A stretch of 64,000 nucleotides of DNA from Auanema rhodensis (taxonomy: Eukaryota > Animalia > Nematoda). Positions 58,101 to 64,000 of the stretch are shown piece after piece (position 1 is the first letter of the stretch; every line of letters begins with the position of its first letter). Both the position numbers and the translations under genes were made by a program. The notes beneath the pieces were generated by a model. It searched no databases. It was not told the origin of the DNA and worked only from the letters and a program-made list of their open reading frames with translations. The stretch covers positions 310,001 through 374,000 of the forward strand of contig OZ059896.1 in assembly GCA_964057225.1 (NCBI GenBank), read 5' to 3'.

Positions 58101-59525
58101 ATGGTTACCATGAAGTAATATCAATAAAAATTTGTTTTTAGACTAATATGGACATGGGGAATCTAATTTTGAAAACCGCATCTCTTTATCTTTCACGTGA
58201 AGCGAGTTACATACCAAGTGCACATCACGTGTACATTTAATTAGCATGAATTAAAGTTCACGTAAATTTCAAAGTCATGGTTAGCATGCACCAATATCAA
58301 TAAAAATTTGTATTTAGACTAATATGGACATGGGGAATCTAATTTTGAAAACCGCATCTCTTTATCTTTCACGTGAAGCGAGTTACATACCAAGTGCACA
58401 TCACGTGTACATTTAATTAGCATAAATTAAAGTTCACGTAAATTTCAAAGTCATGGTTACCATGCACCAATATCAATAAAAATTTGTTTTTAGACTAATA
58501 TGGACATGGGGAATCTAATTTTGAAAACTGCATCTCTTTATCTTTCACGTGAAGCGAGTTACATACCAAGTGCACATCACGTGTACATTTAATTAGCATA
58601 AATTAAAGTTCACGTAAATTTCAAAGTCATGGTTACCATGAACCAATATCAATAAAAATTTGTTTTTAGACTAATATGGACATGGGGAATCTAATTTTGA
58701 AAACCGCATCTCTTTATCTTTCACGTGAAGCGAGTTACATACCAAGTGCACATCACGTGTACATTTAATTAGCATAAATTAAAGTTCACGTAAATTTCAA
58801 AGTCATGGTTACCATGAAGCAATATCAATAAAAATTCGTTTTTAGACTAATATGGACATGGGGAATCTAATTTTGAAAACCGCATCTCTTTATCTTTCAC
58901 GTGAAGCGAGTTACATACCAAGTGCACATCACGTGTACATTTAATTAGCCTAAATTAAAGTTCACGTAAATTTCAAAGTCATGGTTACCATGAAGCAATA
59001 TCAATAAAAATTCGTTTTTAGACTAATATGGACATGGGGAATCTAATTTTGAAAACCGCATCTCTTTATCTTTCACGTGAAGCGAGTTACATACCAAGTG
59101 CACATCACGTGTACATTTAATTAGCATAAATTAAAGTTCACGTAAATTTCAAAGTCATGGTTACCATGAACCAATATCAATAAAAATTTGTTTTTAGACT
59201 AATATGGACATGGGGAATCTAATTTTGAAAACCGCATCTCTTTATCTTTCACGTGAAGCGAGTTACATACCAAGTGCACATCACGTGTACATTTAATTAG
59301 CATAAATTAAAGTTCACGTAAATTTCAAAGTCATGGTTACCATGAAGCAATATCAATAAAAATTTGTTTTTAGACTAATATGGACATGGGGAATCTAATT
59401 TTGAAAACCGCATCTCTTTATCTTTTACGTGAAGCGAGTTACATACCAAGTGCACATCACGTGTACATTTAATTAGCATAAATTAAAGTTCACGTAAATT
59501 TCAAAGTCATGGTTACCATGAACCA

Positions 59526-62500
59526 ATATCAATAAAAATTTGTTTTTAGACTAATATGGACATGGGGAATCTGATTTTGAAAACCGCATCTCTTTATCTT
59601 TCACGTGAAGCGAGTTACATACCAAGTGCACATCACGTGTACATTTAATTAGCATAAATTAAAGTTCACGTAAAATTCAAAGTCATGGTAACCATGCACC
59701 AATATCAATAAAAATTTGTTTTTAGACTAATATGGACATGGGGAATCTAATTTTGAAAACCGCATCTCTTTATCTTTTACGTGAAGCGAGTTACATACCA
59801 AGTGCACATCACGTGTACATTTAATTAGCATAAATTAAAGTTCACGTAAATTTCAAAGTCATGGTTACCATGAACCAATATCAATAAAATTTGTTTTTAG
59901 ACTAATATGGACATGGGGAATCTAATTTTGAAAACCGCATCTCTTTATCTTTAACGTGAAGCGAGTTACATACCAAGTGCACATCACGTGTACATTTAAT
60001 TAGCATAAATTAAAGTTCACGTAAATTTCAAAGTCATGGTTACCATGAACCAATATCAAAAAAAATTTGTTTTTAGACTAATATGGACATGGGGAATCTA
60101 ATTGTGAAAACCGCATCTCTTTATCTTTCACGTGAAGCGAGTTACATACCAAGTGCACATCACGTGTACATTTAATTAGCATAAATTAAAGTTCACGTAA
60201 AATTCAAAGTCATGGTTACCATGCACCAATATCAATAAAAATTTGTTTTTAGACTAATATGGACATGGGGAATCTAATTTTGAAAACCGCATCTCTTTAT
60301 CTTTTACGTGAAGCGAGTTACATACCAAGTGCACATCACGTGTACATTTAATTAGCATAAATTAAAGTTCACGTAAATTTCAAAGTCATGGTTACCATGC
60401 ACCAATATCAATAAAAATTTGTTTTTAGACTAATATGGACATGGGGAATCTAATTTTGAAAACCGCATCTCTTTATCTTTAACGTGAAGCGAGTTACATA
60501 CCAAGTGCACATCACGTGTACATTTAATTAGCATAAATTAAAGTTCACGTAAAATTCAAAGTCATGGTTACCATGCACCAATATCAATAAAAATTTGTTT
60601 TTAGACTAATATGGACATGGGGAATCTAATTCTGAAAACCGCATCTCTTTATCTTTTACGTGAAGCGAGTTACATACCAAGTGCACATCACGTGTACATT
60701 TAATTAGCATAAATTAAAGTTCACGTAATTTTCAAAGTCATGGTTACCATGAACCAATATCAATAAAAATTTGTTTTTAGACTAATATGGACATGGGGAA
60801 TCTAATTTTGAATACCGCATTTCTTTATCTTTCACGTGAAGCGAGTTACATACCAAGTGCACATCACGTGTACATTTAATTAGCATAAATTAAAGTTCAC
60901 GTAAAATTCAAAGTCATGGTTACCATGCACCAATATCAATAAAAATTTGTTTTTAGACTAATATGGACATGGGGAATCTAATTTTGAATACCGCATTTCT
61001 TTATCTTTCACGTGAAGCGAGTTACATACCAAGTGCACATCACGTGTACATTTAATTAGCATAAATTAAAGTTCACGTAAATTTCAAAGTCATGGTTACC
61101 ATGCACCAATATCACTAAAATTTTGTTTTTAGACTAACATGGACATGGGGAATCTAATTTTGAAAACCGCATCTCTTTATCTTTCACGTGAAGCGAGTTA
61201 CATACCAAGTGCACATCACGTGTACATTTAATTAGCATAAATTAAAGTTCACGTAAATTTCAAAGTCATGGTTACCATGCACCAATATCAATAAAAATTT
61301 GTTTTTAGACTAATATGGACATGGGGAATCTAATTTTGAAAACCGCATCTCTTTATCTTTTACGTGAAGCGAGTTACATACCAAGTGCACATCACGTGTA
61401 CATTTAATTAGCATAAATTAAAGTTCACGTAAATTTCAAAGTCATGGTTACCATGAACCAATATCAATAAAATTTGTTTTTAGACTAATATGGACATGAG
61501 GAATCTAATTTTGAAAACCGCATCTCTTTATCTTTAACGTGAAGCGAGTTACATACCAAGTGCACATCACGTGTACATTTAATTAGCATAAATTAAAGTT
61601 CACGTAAAATTCAAAGTCATGGTTACCATGCACCAATATCAATAAAAATTTGTTTTTAGACTAATATGGACATGGGGAATCTAATTCTGAAAACCGCATC
61701 TCTTTATCTTTTACGTGAAGCGAGTTACATACCAAGTGCACATCACGTGTACATTTAATTAGCATAAATTAAAGTTCACGTAATTTTCAAAGTCATGGTT
61801 ACCATGAACCAATATCAATAAAAATTTGTTTTTAGACTAATATGGACATGGGGAATCTAATTTTGAAAACCGCATTTCTTTATCTTTCACGTGAAGCGAG
61901 TTACATACCAAGTGCACATCACGTGTACATTTAATTAGCATAAACTAAAGTTCACGTAAATTTCAAAGTCATGGTTACCATGAACCAATATCAATAAAAA
62001 TTTGTTTTTAGACTAATATGGACATGGGGAATCTAATTTTGAAAACCGCATCTCTTTATCTTTCACGTGAAGCGAGTTACATACCAAGTGCACATCACGT
62101 GTACATTTAATTAGCATAAATTAAAGTTCACGTAAATTTCAAAGTCATGGTTACCATGAACCAATATCAATAAAAATTTGTTTTTAGACTAATATGGACA
62201 TGGGGAATCTAATTTTGAAAACCGCATCTCTTTATCTTTCACGTGAAGCGAGTTACATACCAAGTGCACATCACGTGTACATTTAATTAGCATAAATTAA
62301 AGTTCACGTAAATTTCAAAGTCATGGTTACCATGAAGCAATATCAATAAAAATTTGTTTTTAGACTAATATGGACATGGGAAATCTAATTTTGAAAACCG
62401 CATCTCTTTATCTTTCACGTGAAGCGAGTTACATACCAAGTGCACATCACGTGTACATTTAATTAGCATAAATTAAAGTTCACGTAAATTTCAAAGTCAT

Positions 62501-64000
62501 GGTTACCATGAACCAATATCAATAAAAATTTGTTTTTAGACTAATATGGACATGGGGAATCTAATTTTGAAAACCGCATCTCTTTATCTTTCACGTGAAG
62601 CGAGTTACATACCAAGTGCACATCACGTGTACATTTAATTAGCATAAATTAAAGTTCACGTAAATTTCAAAGTCATGGTTACCATGCACCAATATCAATA
62701 AAAATTGGTTTTTAGACTAATATTGACATGGGGAATCTAATTTTGAAAACCGCATCTCTTTATCTTTCACGTGAAGCGAGTTACATACCAAGTGCACATC
62801 ACGTGTACATTTAATTAGCATAAATTAAAGTTCACGTAAATTTCAAAGTCATGGTTACCATGCACAAATATCAATAAAAATTTGTTTTTAGACTAATATG
62901 GACATGGGGAATCTAATTTTGAAAACCGCATCTCTTTATCTTTCACGTGAAGCGAGTTACATACCAAGTGCACATCACGTGTACATTTAATTAGCATAAA
63001 TTAAAGTTCACGTAAATTTCAAAGTTATGGTTACCATGCACCAATATCAATAAAAATTTGTTTTTAGACTAATATGGACATGGGGAATCTAATTTTGAAA
63101 ACCGCATCTCTTTATCTTTCACGTGAAGCGAGTTACATACCAAGTGCACATCACGTGTACATTTATTTAGCATAAATTAAAGTTCACGTAAATTTCAAAG
63201 TCATGGTTACCATGAAGCAATATCAATAAAAATTCGTTTTTAGACTAATATGGACATGGGGAATCTAATTTTGAAAACCGCATCTCTTTATCTTTCACGT
63301 GAAGCGAGTTACATACCAAGTGCACATCACGTGTACATTTAATTAGCATAAATTAAAGTTCACGTAAATTTCAAAGTCATGGTTACCATGAAGCAATATC
63401 AATAAAAATTTGTTTTTAGACTAATATGGACATGGGAAATCTAATTTTGAAAACCGCATCTCTTTATCTTTCACGTGAAGCGAGTTACATACCAAGTGCA
63501 CATCACGTGTACATTTAATTAGCATAAATTAAAGTTCACGTAAATTTCAAAGTCATGGTTACCATGCACCAATATCAATAAAAATTTGTTTTTAGACTAA
63601 TATGGACATGGGGAATCTAATTTTGAAAACCGCATCTCTTTATCTTTCACGTGAAGCGAGTTACATACCAAGTGCACATCACGTGTACATTTAATTAGCA
63701 TAAATTAAAGTTCACGTAAATTTCAAAGTCATGGTTACCATGAACCAATATCAATAAAAATTTGTTTTTAGACTAATATGGACATGGGGAATCTAATTTT
63801 GAAAACCGCATCTCTTTATCTTTCACGTGAAGCGAGTTACATACCAAGTGCACATCACGTGTACATTTAATTAGCATAAATTAAAGTTCACGTAAATTTC
63901 AAAGTCATGGTTACCATGCACCAATATCACTAAAAATTTGTTTTTAGACTAATATGGACATGGGGAATCTAATTTTGAAAACCGCATCTCTTTATCTTTC
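59526..64000 (+). repeat. Long-range copy of the block at about 39992-43760 (offset about 19.7-20.2 kb)
   Basis: Rare variants appear in the same order: 175-bp monomer, ATTGTGAAA, GAATACC, CACTAAAATTTTG+TAACATGG, ATGAGG, AATTGG+ATTGAC, GCACAAA, TTATTT, ATTCG, CACTAAA. Confidence 0.9.

Larger units (their letters stand above)
1..64000. repeat. 176-bp tandem satellite array (363 full monomers + 77 bp), probably centromeric/pericentromeric heterochromatin
   Basis: ATATCAATAAAAATTTG recurs at 1, 177, 353, 529 and onward. The phase is fully explained by 363x176 + 2x21 - 7x1 = 63923, and the last partial monomer starts at 63924. There is no interrupting sequence or inversion. The array is directly visible; the centromeric role is inferred. 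Confidence 0.99.

Noticed and set aside
1-64000. CRISPR array or repeat-spacer system (palindromic units at regular spacing)
   Set aside because: There are no unique spacers. The sequence between palindromes is identical in every unit, and no cas or other genes are present.
1-64000. Sequencing concatemer or assembly artefact
   Set aside because: Linked variants recur in hierarchical blocks at multiple offsets and indels are very rare. This fits real array evolution rather than random read error, although exact copy number needs read validation.

Overview
The whole 64-kb window is one uninterrupted head-to-tail satellite DNA array with a 176-bp monomer of about 32% GC. It holds 363 complete monomers plus a 77-bp partial one, all in the same orientation. 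Consensus from position 1: ATATCAATAAAAATTTGTTTTTAGACTAATATGGACATGGGGAATCTAATTTTGAAAACCGCATCTCTTTATCTTTCACGTGAAGCGAGTTACATACCAAGTGCACATCACGTGTACATTTAATTAGCATAAATTAAAGTTCACGTAAATTTCAAAGTCATGGTTACCATG(C/A)ACCA. Monomers differ from the consensus at about 0-4 positions. The only length variants I found are two 197-bp monomers (internal 21-bp duplication) and seven 175-bp monomers (one A deleted). The nucleosome-sized unit, extreme homogeneity and dyad-rich monomer fit the core of a eukaryotic centromeric or pericentromeric satellite, but this is inference and I cannot assign species or family. I see no genes, RNAs, mobile elements or CRISPR, and no support for a novel coding system. The information here lies in (i) the palindrome/E-box architecture of the monomer and (ii) a nested history of duplications of varying length (1-, 2-, 5-, 6-, 10-, 11-, 16-, 18- and 20-mers, and about 15-20 kb), readable from shared variants. 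Variants were tracked by eye, so block boundaries are approximate to about one monomer.
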